From Hyaloraphidium curvatum SAG 235-1 (taxonomy: Eukaryota > Fungi > Monoblepharomycota): a DNA stretch of 64,000 bases. The notes beneath the pieces were generated by a model. The model made no database searches. It saw only the letters and a list, made by a program, of their open reading frames with translations, and was not told the DNA's origin. A program made the translations under genes and the position numbers. The DNA lies in NCBI GenBank assembly GCA_025558095.1, contig JAIVFI010000033.1, positions 372,001 to 436,000 of the forward strand, in the 5' to 3' direction. Shown here piece by piece: positions 33,579-45,576 of the stretch. Numbering within the stretch: the stretch's first letter is position 1; the number at the start of each line of letters is the position of its first letter.

Positions 33579-35234
33579 CTAGAGCGCGGCCAGCGCGCTG
33601 ACGGCGGCCGCCGCGAGCCCCAGCAGCGGCGCGGCCCAGCTCCTCCCCGCGGAGCTCGGCCTGGCGGTCGGGCTCGCGGTGTTGGGGCTGTTGGTCGCCG
33701 TCGCAGCCCCGGGCTTCCGGATGCGGATCATCTGGGCGTACTCGCCCTGCAGGTTGACCGTGTAGAAGCCCTTGGCGACGGGCAGGTCCGTCTTCTTGAA
33801 GACGTCGCGGATGGCAAACTCCGAGTCGGCCGTGGCGCTGAGCTCCGAGACCGAGGCGAAGTCGAGGCGGACGTTGAGCGGGCGCTTGCCGCGGTTAAGC
33901 ATGACTGCGGGGCGGGAAGGATGTCAGCGATGGCCCACAGGTCTTCAACAGAGAAGGATGCCCACCAGCGACGACCGAGCCGTCAGCCATCGGGCCCGCC
34001 CACACGTCCGCGTCACCGTCGCGCTGGACGCGCCTGGCCGACGCCCCCAGCGGGTCCTGGTTGACCGCCAGCACGTCCCTATCCGTCAGCAGCGCGATGG
34101 CCTGGCTGCTCAGGTTGGCGAGGTGGGTACCAATCATGAGGGGTGCCTTGAGCGCGGCCCAGAGGAGGAAGTGGGCCTCCTCCTGGTTGGACGACATGCC
34201 GTTGCCGATCTCGAGCATGTCCGGGTCGTTCCAGCCGCCGGGACCGCTGTACTGCGTCAGCTCGGCCTGCTCGTCCAGGATGGCGATGACGCTGCGGCGG
34301 CTGCCGGCCGTGCGGCCGTTGAAGACCTCGATAATGTCCGGGGTCGTGCGCCACATGTGGCAGAAGTTGTCGGCGTCCAGCCACGGCTGGTCGCGGCCCC
34401 AGCGGGCGTTGATGGAGTAGATGATGTCGCGCTGGGTGTTGGTCTTGTTCTTCAGGGCGTTCCACATGCCTGTCAGTGGCCGCGGCTGTCAGGAGCAATC
34501 GCGGGCGGAGGCCGGTGCCGCCACCCACGGATGTAGCGGTCGGGGTACTTGGCGCCGCCGAGGTTGCAGGTGTCGTACTTGAGGAAGTCGACGCCCCACG
34601 AGTCGTAGGTCCGCACGTCAATGTCCTCGTAGTACAGCGAACCGGGACGCTTCATGCACGTCTGCCGCCCCGCGTTGGAGTAGATGCCGAACTTGAGCCC
34701 CTTCGAGCGGACGTAGTCGGCGGTGGCCTTCATTCCCGAAGGGAAGAGAGCGGGGTCCTCGACGATGCGGTCCGTGTCGGGGTCGCGGGAGATGGCCCAG
34801 CAGTCGTCGATGACGAGGTACTGGTAGCCGGCCGCGAGCAGGCCTGCGGGGGGGCGGAAGGCCGACCGATGGGCAAAGAGAGGGAAGAAGTGTCGCGGGG
34901 AAAGACCGAGGGGTCAGTTCCGGGGGCGGGAACCCGGCGATGGTGCCCGTCACCTCGCGAGACCATCAGGTCGGCCGTCTCGCGAATCTTCGACTCGTGG
35001 ATGTCGCACTCGTAGGCATTCCAGGTCTGCCGAGGGTCGTTAGCCGGGGCTGCTCGGTTTCGGCCCCGCAACGGCACGCACGTTGTAGCCCATCGGCGGG
35101 AGGAGGGCGAGGCCATCGTTCTTCGGGTTGTCGGTCAAGCCGGCGTCGACCGCAGCGACCGCGCCGAGGGCGGCGACGGCGGCAAAGGCGAGGGACGCCG
35201 CCGTGCGCCGGCGGGCGGGGCGGGCTGCCGTCAT
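33579..35234 (-). CDS. GH27 alpha-galactosidase, secreted, probably GPI-anchored
   Basis: PPMGYN|TWN, IDDCW, GLKFGIYS, DFLKYD, WRTTPDI, GGWNDPDMLEIGN, NQDPLG; N-terminal signal peptide; S/T linker and hydrophobic C-terminus. Confidence 0.92.
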
Positions 35235-35679
35235 CGTCGAGGTCGAGCAAGATTGTTTGTGGAAGGGGTTCTCGACGCAACGCCGCCGCGTGCGGGCGGA
35301 GCAAGGCCCGTTCATCAACCTTTTTGGGAACTTTGCGCTCTGGACGTCAGACCGGAAGTTTAATGGCTTATTCCTTGCAGTAGTAGCATCTTTGTCGCTC
35401 GCCCAGTGCGATTGGGTGCCGGCGTGCTTCCTGGTGGAGGGCGAACCGATCTGGCCCCCCCCCCCCCCACGCCAGCCGATCGCAGCTTTGCCCCCATCCC
35501 CGGACCTCGGAAGCAATTTGGGCATCGAAAGACTTACAGGTGCAATTGGAAGCGGATGCGAGCTTGTGAATCGACGTTTGAGTCACGGAAGAGGGTGAGA
35601 GATCGGCGCGGCCTTGCTGCGCCCACGCGGGGGTTCTGTGGTCTGACTTTCATTTCCTGCCCCCGGGCCTTTCCCCGCG

Positions 35680-37362
35680 ATGGCGCTGGGCTCGGAAGGG
35701 CCGGAAGTGGAGCGCATGCCGGCTGCCGGCGAGAAGGGACTGCGGGCGCGGGCAGGCGGGCGGCGTGCGCCGGGGGACACGGCTCCCGTCGGCGACGCTG
35801 CGGGAGCGACCGGCAACGGACATGCGCCGTCCTCGGGCCGCCACGTGCCGCGCGACGCGAGCGGCACCAATGCACGCACCCTGGCGCTGGGCCTCGAGCC
35901 GTGGCCTTTCTCGCGCTACCTGCGATGGGAGTTCGCGCTGGGCGTCGCCCTCACGCTCAACTTTGCCGCCTTCTGGGCCGTGCCCATCGTGCTGCAAGGC
36001 CAGCTGTGGATTCTGGTGCTCAGGCCGCTGCTGATGCCGCTGTTCGATGCCGTGGATAAGAATCCCGCCGTGCGCCGCTTCGCCGAGACATACGTCTACT
36101 CGAAGCCGCGGCACGCGGACTACTTCGTCACGCTGGTGCTGGTCGTGGTGACGACCGTAACGTCATTCGCCGCCATGCTGTACCTGCAGCGCACGCGGGG
36201 ATACCTGCCGTGGTGGTCCCTGTTCCTTCACTACTGTGCCTGGTGGGCAGACTGCCTCTCGCCGATCTCGCTTTCCGCTAACGCTCTCTCCTTCCCCTAC
36301 AAGGGTCGGGCTCGGAGGCCGGATGATGGGCGCCGCCTACTCGTTCGCCCACCGCGAGGGCCACAACCGCACCCTGTACCAGCGCTGGATCCGCGAGTCG
36401 GTCGGCAACATCTGCGAGAACTGGCTCGGCCTCCTGTACGGCAACGTGCCCTACAACTTCACCACCTCGCACATCGCCATCCACCACAAGACCAACGCGT
36501 CGGCCCCCGACACGTTCTACATGTGGGACTGGCCGCGCGACAGCCCCAAAGGCTTCATGTTCTTTGTCACCCGCGTGTTCCTGCACATGACGGGCTACTC
36601 GTCCCTGCGCGTCTTCAAGGCCAACCGGATGCAGCTGCACTACGACAAGCTGCTGACCGGCATGGTGATCTACTTTGTCGCCACGCCGGTGGCGCTCTAC
36701 CTCGCGTCGGGCTTCTCGGCCTCGTTCGTTTTCTGGATCTGGTTTCAGCCGCTGTGCTGCATGTCGTACTTCCTCGCCTTTATCAACATCGGCTTCCACG
36801 CCTTCCTCGAGTACGATGACGAGGGCAGGCACATCCCCTGCATCAACAGCTCCGACATTATCGGCGGGTACGTTTGCCAGCGGCTGTCAGGTTGTCGTAA
36901 GGCGCGAGCTAACTTCTTTCGACCAGCGACGACGACTTTTTCGGGGAGAACAACCACATGGCGCACCACTACTCGACCACTACATACTGGAGCGACCTCC
37001 CTGAATGGTGGGCGCCCTTTCCGGTCCGCCCGTCCCGGTGCTGAAATGAAAGCCTTCCGTCAAACAGGGACGCCAAGCAGCTCGAAGAGTGGAAGCGCCA
37101 CCGCGCCTCCGTCTTCCGCGACGTTTCCATCGTCGAAATCTCCGCGCTCATCCTCCTCGGGCAGTGGGACCGCGTGGTGGACAAGTTCGTGGACCACTCG
37201 GGCGGCAGCATGTCCCGCGAGGACATCGCCGACATGCTGCGCACCCGCGCGCGGAGGATCGAGTACCGCTACGAGGACTACATCCGGGGACCGGCGGCCA
37301 ACCCGATCATTAGGAAGGGCAACTTCGTGGAGGGCAACTCGGAGGAAACGGGCGGGCTGTGA
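35680..37362 (+). CDS. Membrane fatty-acid desaturase-family protein, multi-exon
   Basis: Three His boxes (HREGH, HIAIHH, HMAHH) and multiple TM segments. Confidence 0.8.
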
Positions 37363-37508
37363 GCCAGCCGGGGCGCGCGTGCAGATAAGAAAGAGAAGGC
37401 GCCGCTTCGTCGATGGTTAATTGGTGCCCGCGGATAATGTACCGAGGGAATCTCAGACAGAGCTGAAAGACTTGCGGATCCTCTTCCTTTTCTTTTCCTT
37501 CCCGCCCC

Positions 37509-38373
37509 TTATCGAGCCAGCAGATACGGATTCGCGTCCCAGAAGGTGTCCCCAATGATGTCGACGGCCTCGTCCACCAGCTCCCCTCTCTTTGCCTTCG
37601 CCCTCCGCTTGCCCCCGCCTTCCTCGCCGCCTGGCGGCTCCGCTTCCGAGCGGTAGTACAAAGTCGTCCCCTTCCTGAACATCGCCGGCTCATCGTTGTA
37701 GTTCATCCCGAAGCGCGAAAAGAGGAGCTCGTTCTTCTTTGCGCTGTCCGCCGCGGTGTCGGCGATGAACCGGGACGCCTCCTGCGTCGTCATCTCCCCC
37801 GCGAACCCCGGCCTCGCCGTCGCGGGCGGGCGCACGAGGTTCCAAAGGCACGTATTGTACAGGTTGTTGATGTGCGTGTCCGCTTGACGCCAGGAAAAGT
37901 AGTCCCGCACGTTGCGGGGGTCCGGGTAGCAGACCGCCCGTCCGTCGAAGCTCGGCGGGATCTCCAAAGGGCGGTCAAAGTGGTGCGGCCAGCGGAACAC
38001 GTACGAGGAAGTGAAGAGGGAGACGATGGCCGAGGTGAGCTTCGACTCGCGGCGCTGGTAAAGGTCCGTCGACGGCGGAAGGAGGAAGGAGAACTCGTCG
38101 CTCTGCGGACGCGTCAAGGACGCTCTGTGGCCCCGCTTGGTGAGCACCGACCTCCCCGTAGCCCATCGTCACCTCCTTGATCTCGCGCATGACGTGCCTG
38201 GCCGCGTCCACCATGAGCCGCAGCCCGCGGGGGTCGTTGGGCTTCGCGAAGCCGTGCAGCGTCGTGAAGCGGTGGAAGGAGCGGCCGTCCACGCGCACGA
38301 CGATCCAGGTATTCGGAAGCAGCGCATCGGAGCGCTCAAAGAGCTTGACGTACTCGAACTTGGACTTCGCCAG
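37509..38373 (-). CDS. THG1: tRNA(His) guanylyltransferase Thg1, apparent CTG start
   Basis: (L)AKSKFEYVK, VRVDGRSFHRF, KPND, YGE|SDEFSF, FDGRAVCYP, WRQADTHINNLYN, FRKGT, DIIGDTFW. Confidence 0.93.
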
Positions 38374-38498
38374 CTTGGAAGCGCTGCGCGTAAACAGACG
38401 ATCGCGTCGCGGTCGTCAGCGTCGATCATTCACCGACCCTCGTCCGTGCTTCTGCTGGGCTCGCTAGCTCATCGCAAGGGGGTTCTCAGCCTGCTACG

Positions 38499-39476
38499 AT
38501 GGGCCCAGCGGCGGATAAGCCGGCCCCCCCGACGTCCCTGAACCTCCTCGTCGACGATGTGCTCGAGATCATCCTTGCGGCCCTGCCCTTGAACCTGGTT
38601 GCCTCTGTGGTCTCGAGGTTATGCCGACGTATGCACACGATGTCGGAAGCCCACATTCTGCGGCGTCTGAAGCGGCAGTGCTTTTGGGACGAGAAGGTAC
38701 CATCTTGGGCCTCCAGCTGGGACTCTCCGCGGTGCCCAACGCTTTTCCGATATCTCCGCGGTTTCCCGCTGACCCCGGACGACATCGTCGCCGTGTATGG
38801 GGCATTCCGGCCGAACCCGGACCCGACAATCGTGGACGTCTTCCGGGAGGCCAGGCTGTCGCCCGAGGAACTTTCTTTCCTCGTTTCGCGGATACAGTTC
38901 GTCCGGAATCGCAACTTTCACCCCGAACCCGTTGCCGTCACAGTGGGGCGCATCCTACGGAAGGCGGGCGTATCGAAGGACGCCGTTCGTCACCTGGCCT
39001 GGAGCCATAGCAACGAGCAGTTCACGGACCTCGTCGACCGGTTTGACCTTCTGCTTATTGCACTTGATTTGGCCATGCGGGCACAGCAGGGGACCGAAGA
39101 GCTTCTACTCTTTGCCGATATCATGGAGGACCTTGTTCTCTCGGGACTGTACACCGATCCACGGTTGCCGAACCCGGGTGGCCGCGGTACGTGCGCGGCG
39201 CAGATATGCGCCCTCATTCTCTCCGACTTTCCAACCGTGATGGCCGCCGTCTTCGTCAAGCAGATCGTCGTCGGCCTCGACGGCGATCTGTCGCTCGAGA
39301 GCTTCCGGACACCGGGCTGGAAAAGGGCTGTAGGGGTCATGCGGTGGATGCAGGCAAGGGACGGGATCGCGGGAAGGCTCGCCGGCGTGGAACACCGCCG
39401 CGTGGACGAACAGAGGGTCGCGAAAGCGAGCGAGCTCGTGGCTTTGTGCGATCAACGTGTTGACACAACTGGATGA
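38499..39476 (+). CDS. F-box-like protein, intronless
   Basis: LNLLVDDVLEIILAALP..VSRLCRRM near the N-terminus. Confidence 0.65.
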   Translation: MGPAADKPAPPTSLNLLVDDVLEIILAALPLNLVASVVSRLCRRMHTMSEAHILRRLKRQCFWDEKVPSWASSWDSPRCPTLFRYLRGFPLTPDDIVAVYGAFRPNPDPTIVDVFREARLSPEELSFLVSRIQFVRNRNFHPEPVAVTVGRILRKAGVSKDAVRHLAWSHSNEQFTDLVDRFDLLLIALDLAMRAQQGTEELLLFADIMEDLVLSGLYTDPRLPNPGGRGTCAAQICALILSDFPTVMAAVFVKQIVVGLDGDLSLESFRTPGWKRAVGVMRWMQARDGIAGRLAGVEHRRVDEQRVAKASELVALCDQRVDTTG

Positions 39477-40587
39477 ATGAATCATCGTATAGCGCCGCCG
39501 TTCGACATGTTAGCGCCAGCACCTAGAGGCCTTTGCCCGCCACTTTTCGAGCTCTTGAGATGCGTCTTTAAACCCGATCCCCCCCAGTGATGAACGGTTG
39601 GCGCTAGGAAGGCAAGTCGGATCGTTTTCTCAGATCTCCACGTCGGAGCGCACGCTTGTCTGAACCTTGATGAGGCATTGCCGAGAAGGCAACTGGATTG
39701 ATGACCACTTACCATGTCCACGAGCCTGCCGTTGCTAGACATAGCCAAAACTCCGACCACTTTTCCGGATTTGGCCGATCGCAGGGTCAGAAAAGCGGTC
39801 GGCGCGTCCTGATCAGCTTCCGAGCTCGAGCCCTCCACCGAACTCCTGGCCTTGGCCATGCTGGCGCGTGAAGTCGATCAGCGGAAGATCGGCCGAAAAA
39901 CGGAGCGCATCACCGGATTTCGGCTTCGTGGCCCTGTCGGAAACACGCAAGGGCGAGCTGCTTGAGTGATTCAATGTGCTCCGGCGGCAGTAGACTCGCG
40001 TCGCCCTGGGCTGTCTCCACGGCGCCGGTCTGGGCAGAAATCGTGAGCTTGACCACGCGACGTGTCGCAGGTGCCTCCTGAGTAGACAGCAATGAAGATC
40101 CAGCAACATATGCAAGACATGGTTCGTTACGGGAGTGGGGTTGGCACCATCGATGGAAAGGTTCGCCAGCGAGTCAACGACGTTTTGGACCTGATTCACC
40201 ATGTCGGAACAACAGGGTAGACGCGTGGTTCAGAGCAGCAGCATGCAGTGGAAGAGCGGGAAATTCACCTCAGTTGAAACAGGGACGGCGTTGGGACCGG
40301 CGTTGTTCTGCGGAAGCGACTCCATCTTGCGGGCGTTCGGCCAGGTGGCCGTCATCCTCAGCGGCGCGGCCGGACGCGTAAAGCCGTTGCGACTCGAGTA
40401 CCTGCAAAGTAGACTCTGTCGACGATGGAATACGGCGCGAAGGCGCGCAGCTGGCGGAGGACGCGGGGGAAGGCGCGTCTCTTTTCTTGCAGACCCGTGC
40501 GATCACACCGTCAGGAGCTTTTCCATCAGCTTCTAGCATCCACGAGCAATGCCAGTAGATGGCAAGGCAAAGAAAAGGATGTCCTAT

Positions 40588-42288
40588 TCAATCACGCGAC
40601 GAAAAGAACAACGAATCTCCCGCGATCCTGTCCATCGCCGCCACTAGATCCTGGTCAGCGATCGGGACACCCTCGAGACAGATCGTCTCGAGCGTGCCCT
40701 GCAGCTTAAAGGTCGTGTACAGCAGCACTTCGGGTCTCGTGATCCCCGCGCACTCGCCCATCCGCAGCGACTGGAGCCCGTCGAGGTTGTCGCGGATGCA
40801 GCGGACGGCGTCGTCGTCGACGCCGGCTACGTAGCTGATGGCCAGCTGCTCGAGCTTGGGCGGCTTCGAGAGGACGAAGGGGCGCAGGGCTGGCCAGGTG
40901 ATGGCTGTGCGGGAGACGCTGAGGTCTCGAAGGCTGGTTCGGAGAGCGGAAAGGTGGGGACCGATCGCGTCCTGCACGATCCGTCGGTCAGAAAAGGGAC
41001 AGTCGATCCAGCCCCGTGAGCGATGATCTTACCGAAACGTTGGTTTTTCTCAGGCCCAGGCGCCGAAGCCCAGTGTTCTTTTGCAGGACGGGCACGATCG
41101 ATCGGTCGGTCACGGCGGCGCAGTCCAGCCCCAGCTCGTGCAAAGCGCTGCTTCGTAGCTCCGACAGCGAAGCATCCGTCACGCCCGCGCACCACTTCAG
41201 CGAAAGAGCGCGCAGCGAGCCGAACTTGGCCAGCGCGGGGGCGACGGAGGCGTCGGTGAGCTGGCCGCAGTGCTCCAGGTCGAGCTCTTGGAGGTCGTCC
41301 ACCACATCCACGATCCGCATCAGGTGCCAGTCAAGCATCGCGGTCGATAGCTCCTCTTCGTAGGAATCGTCGTCTTCCTCCTCCGCGCCGCCCCTCGCGT
41401 GCACCGTCAGGCTCTCGAGGCAGCGCGGGAGCGAATCGGCCATGGCTTCGAAGATCGCCGGGTCATCGACCGTGACGCGGCCCTCGATGTGCAGTATCTT
41501 CAGCCCCCGCGCGGCGCCGAAACAGCTCCGCAAGGCGCCCGCCGCGAAGGTGACGTCATCGAGCTGAAGCGACTGTAGCTGCGCGAGCGCCGACGCCGCC
41601 TCCAAAGACACCGTGGCGTCCCTGAACGAGTACAGGTAGGGCTGGATCGCCAACCGCCTCAGCCTTTTCATCATCCGAATGCTTTCGGCGATGCGAACAG
41701 CGGCCGCCCGGTCCGCCCCACCGTCGCCCGATTCGGACTCTTCCAACGTGTCCATGAGGTGGAAATCGCAGAGCTCCACCCGTCCCAGAGTATCCTCTGC
41801 CAGATCCGGCGTTTGGGTGATGGCATCGAGGAGTTTAGGCCAGTGACGCGTGTGTACGGGCGCCCCGTAGCCCCCAAGAGAAACGCAGTGCCACTCGCGC
41901 CGATCGACCAGCTGCTTGAAGACGAAAGATACTTTGGACAGCTTCCGCGCGAGCGCCCGCGTATTGTGGCATCCGCAATAGCATACGGGACATTTGCAGG
42001 GAGAATCATGGAACACCAGGTCCGCGCGGTTGCGGCAGCGTGGTCCCAATGTGAAACTGGGCAAGGGGTCGCGTTCAGGCACCGCGAGCACAGTACCGCC
42101 GTTCCCACCCACTCCACGATCTTTTTCAGGATGTCGACGGGCAGCTTGCTCCTCAGCTGGGTGCGGTTCCACCGCGGGTCGCGTCCGGCAACGGGAGGGA
42201 AGAACTCGGTCAGGCGCGGCTGCGGGGGCCGCGGCGACGCGTCGACGTCCATGGCGTCGCCATCCTCGGCGGACTGCGAGTTGCCCAT
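40588..42288 (-). CDS. F-box/LRR family copy 1 (MGNSQS, QPRLTEFF, Cys cluster, LRRs)
   Basis: LPVDILKKIV F-box start; CKCPVCYCGC; LRRs LQELDLEHCGQLTD, LSLKWCAGVTD; 2 introns. Confidence 0.8.
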
Positions 42289-42558
42289 GGGGCTCGGCGT
42301 GGAAATGAGGGCGTTCAGGAGGGACGCGAGGCGGTGTTTGGTGCGACGAGTCGTCACCGCCACCCCCCGCCGCAGGTCGAATCCAACTCCATTAGCGCGG
42401 AATCGACTGCTCAAGCTGCGTCCTTCATGAGCCGGATCGAGACATCCCCAGAATGCATACACTTCGACCATGTGGTTGGTTTTCGAGTGTGCCCTTGATC
42501 CTCGAGCGAGTGAATCCTGGCGCCAGATCCGGACCCCGAGCGAGGGCGCGGGAGTCGC

Positions 42559-43698
42559 ATGCTCCCCGCGGGGCCCCGACGGACCCCGGTAGCGGCCGCC
42601 ATTGTGCTCCTTGCAATCGGCGCGATCGCGAACGTGTTCCCGGCGGGGCCGTTCCGCGGGTCGGGGGGCGGCAGACGTGGAACGTCCCCAACGTCCCAGT
42701 TCCCGGCGTGGCCGGGGCGCGGACCCCCGCACCGCTCGAGCGGGTCTCCCGCGCCACTTTCCGCGCCCGCGGTTGGCTCCGCCGTGGTCGGATGCTCGGC
42801 CACGCACCCCGGGCGCGCCGACACGTTCCGCCGCGCCGTGGAGTCGTGGGCACCGCAGGTCGACAGGGGATTCGTCTACCTGAACCTGCACTCGGAGGTC
42901 CCGGCATGGCTCGCGGAGTACGCACCGAAGGTGGTCGCCGTGCTGCCGGGCAACTCGTCCGCGCGCCCGTGGAACCTCCGCGACGGGGCCAAGTTCCACT
43001 GCCTCTCGGCGGGTCTTGCGCCGCAGGACGCCTACGTGCTCTCGCTCGACGACGACATCGTCTACCCAAAAGACTATGCCCTGCGTATGGTCGCGGCCGT
43101 GGACCGCCACGGCAGGAAGGCCGTCGTGGGCACGTACGGGAGCTTCCTCCGCGCGGACCTCCAAGGTTTCCGCTTCCGCCACGGCTGCAACCTGGACCTC
43201 GAGGACATCCGCTCCCTCGCCGCCGTGCGGAACAAGACGGACCATCTGCGCTCCAAGGCCTTCGGTACTCCGTGCTCGCGCGCGACCGTTCGCGAGTACC
43301 TCCCCGTGCCCTGCGACGCCCCCGTGGACGTCCTCGGCACCGCCACCACCGCCTTCCACCGCTCCCTGCTCCCAGACCTGTCCCCCGCCGACTTTGCGCA
43401 CCCCGTGAGCTTGGCGGACCTCGCCCTGTCGGGCCACGCCAAGGCACGAGGGGTGCCAATGGTCTTAGCGGCCAGGCCAATGGGGTGGCTGGGCTTCCTG
43501 CCAGAAAGAAAGCCGTCGGCCTATTCCGAGATGATGGAGGACGACACGGTGCAGACGCGGTTCGTGATGGAGAGGGCGCCGTGGTTGCTCGGCGGGGGCG
43601 CAGATCCTGGAGAGGCGCTGAGGGGGAGGTGCGACGGGTCGCTCGACGGATCGGATTGGGACGGGGAGGGCACGAGTACGCCGGACCCGGGCGGCTGA
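42559..43698 (+). CDS. GT-A fold glycosyltransferase (GT2-like), intronless, N-terminal anchor
   Basis: VYLN, DGAKF, LSLDDDIVYPKDY (DxD), VLGTATTAFH, ADLAL. Confidence 0.7.
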   Translation: MLPAGPRRTPVAAAIVLLAIGAIANVFPAGPFRGSGGGRRGTSPTSQFPAWPGRGPPHRSSGSPAPLSAPAVGSAVVGCSATHPGRADTFRRAVESWAPQVDRGFVYLNLHSEVPAWLAEYAPKVVAVLPGNSSARPWNLRDGAKFHCLSAGLAPQDAYVLSLDDDIVYPKDYALRMVAAVDRHGRKAVVGTYGSFLRADLQGFRFRHGCNLDLEDIRSLAAVRNKTDHLRSKAFGTPCSRATVREYLPVPCDAPVDVLGTATTAFHRSLLPDLSPADFAHPVSLADLALSGHAKARGVPMVLAARPMGWLGFLPERKPSAYSEMMEDDTVQTRFVMERAPWLLGGGADPGEALRGRCDGSLDGSDWDGEGTSTPDPGG

Positions 43699-43753
43699 AA
43701 AGGCTGACGTGAGTGGGCCGGCCCGACGAGCACTCGGCAGGAAGAATCAGGCT

Positions 43754-45422
43754 TTAGTCGTCGTCGGTGAAAGACAGGTCTTCCCCCGCTATCCTCTGCA
43801 TCGTCGCGATCAGTTCTCGCCGTCCGCGACGGGCACGTCCCGGACGCATAGCGTATCCAGCGTGCCCTTCAGCCTAAACACGGTGTAGAGCAGGGTCTCC
43901 GCCTTCCTGATCCCGCCGCATCCGGCTAGCCTGAGCGCCACGAGCTCCTTCAGGTGCTCGCGGATGCACAGCACCGCGTCGTCGTCGACCCCGGCCAGGT
44001 AGCTGACGGCCAGGTACTCGAGCAGGGGCGGGTCGGCCTCGATCAGGGGTTTCAGCGCGCTCCAGGTGACGGAGGTGCGGGAAAGGTTGAGATCGTTGAT
44101 GGTTGAGCGGGAAGCGTGGAGGTGGGGAACGATGGCGTCCTGTTGCGCGTGCGGAGTGGTGAGATCTCTTGCAGGATAGATTACGATCCGACGGCCGCCC
44201 ACCGTTACTCCCGTCTTCCTCAAGTTGAGCCATTCGATGTGGGTGTTCTGTCGCAGGATCGGTACGATCGACGCGTCGCCGACGCCCACGGCAGAGTCAA
44301 GGACCAGCTCCCTCAGGCACGGGCTGGCGAGCTTAAGCAATGTGGCGTCGGTCACTTTGGAGCAGAACTTGAGCCGCACTTCGGCGAGTTCCAAGAACTT
44401 TCCGAAGGCGGGTCCGAACGAGGCGTCCGTGAGCTTGGCGCACTGGTCAAGGTCGAGAACCTTCAGATTCCGGACCGAATCTACGATCTGCGAGAGATGG
44501 CGATCTTCCAAGGCGGTCTCCAAGTCCTCCGTCTCGTCTTCGTAGGCGGTGTCCCTGTTCACGATCAGGCTTTCGAGGCTCGAAGGAGCGGCTTCCGCCA
44601 GGGCGTCCAAGACCTCCGAATCCTCGGTGACCGCTCCGCAAACCCGCAATGTCTGCAGCTGGTGCAAAGCCCTCAGACACGATCGAAGACTGTGCCCGGA
44701 GAAAGCGACCCCGTTGAGCTTGAGGCTTCTCCGACCGGGACAGGATGAAGCCTCGAGCAGCTTGGAAGCGCCGCAGACCCCCCAATAAAGGCTGATCTCG
44801 AGCGACACGAGCTTGGGCATGCTCGCCAGGGCCCCAGCAAGGCGCATGACCCTTGCTTCGTGCGCGTCCTCGTCGGTCTCCTCCGGAAACTCGATCCTGC
44901 ACATCCCCACGCGGTCGAGAATGGCCGTCCGGCGTTCGGGACGGCCGTCGAGGTGATTCAAGAGCTTGTAGAATCGATTCGTTTGGTAGCCCCCGATGTA
45001 AATGTAGTGCCAGACGCGCCCGCCCGCGAGCTCGTGAAAGACAAACGAGACCCGGCTGAGCTGCGACGCGAGATGGATCATCTCGTAGCAATTGCACCCG
45101 CAGGAAAGGCAATCGCACGACCGTTCGTGCGTCGGAACGCGGGAAAAGACCCTCGTCTCGCAGAGGCATGGCGGCCCCAGAGCGAAGCTGGTGGGACAGG
45201 AGCCAGATCAGCGGTTGCCGATGACCGGCCGCAGCTTCCGACCCACTCCACGATCCTCTTCAGCATCTCCACGGGCACTTTGCTTCGCAGTTGGGTGCGG
45301 TTCCACCGCGGGTCGCGTCCGGGGACCGCGTGGAAGAACTCGGTCAAGCGCGGTTGTGGAGAGCGCGAGGGCGCGTCGACGTCCATCGCGTCGCCGCGGG
45401 TCGCAGACGGCGCGTTGCCCAT
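43754..45422 (-). CDS. F-box/LRR family copy 2 (2-bp frameshift near C-terminus)
   Basis: MGNAPS, QPRLTEFF, VPVEMLKRIV, CDCLSCGCNC, LRRs; the ORF stops at 43810 but the paralogous tail continues in another frame to 43754. Confidence 0.78.
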
Positions 45423-45576
45423 GCTTTTGGAGATTTCAGTCAGCTTAGATACCCGTAGGAGGCAAAGGGCCGTGGACGGGAAGGGGGAGCAGGTTTTTCG
45501 TGCGACGATCGTTGGCCGCAGGACTCCTCCCATGCAGTGCAAGCGATGGGCAAAGGATCGCGAGCCATTGTAGCAT

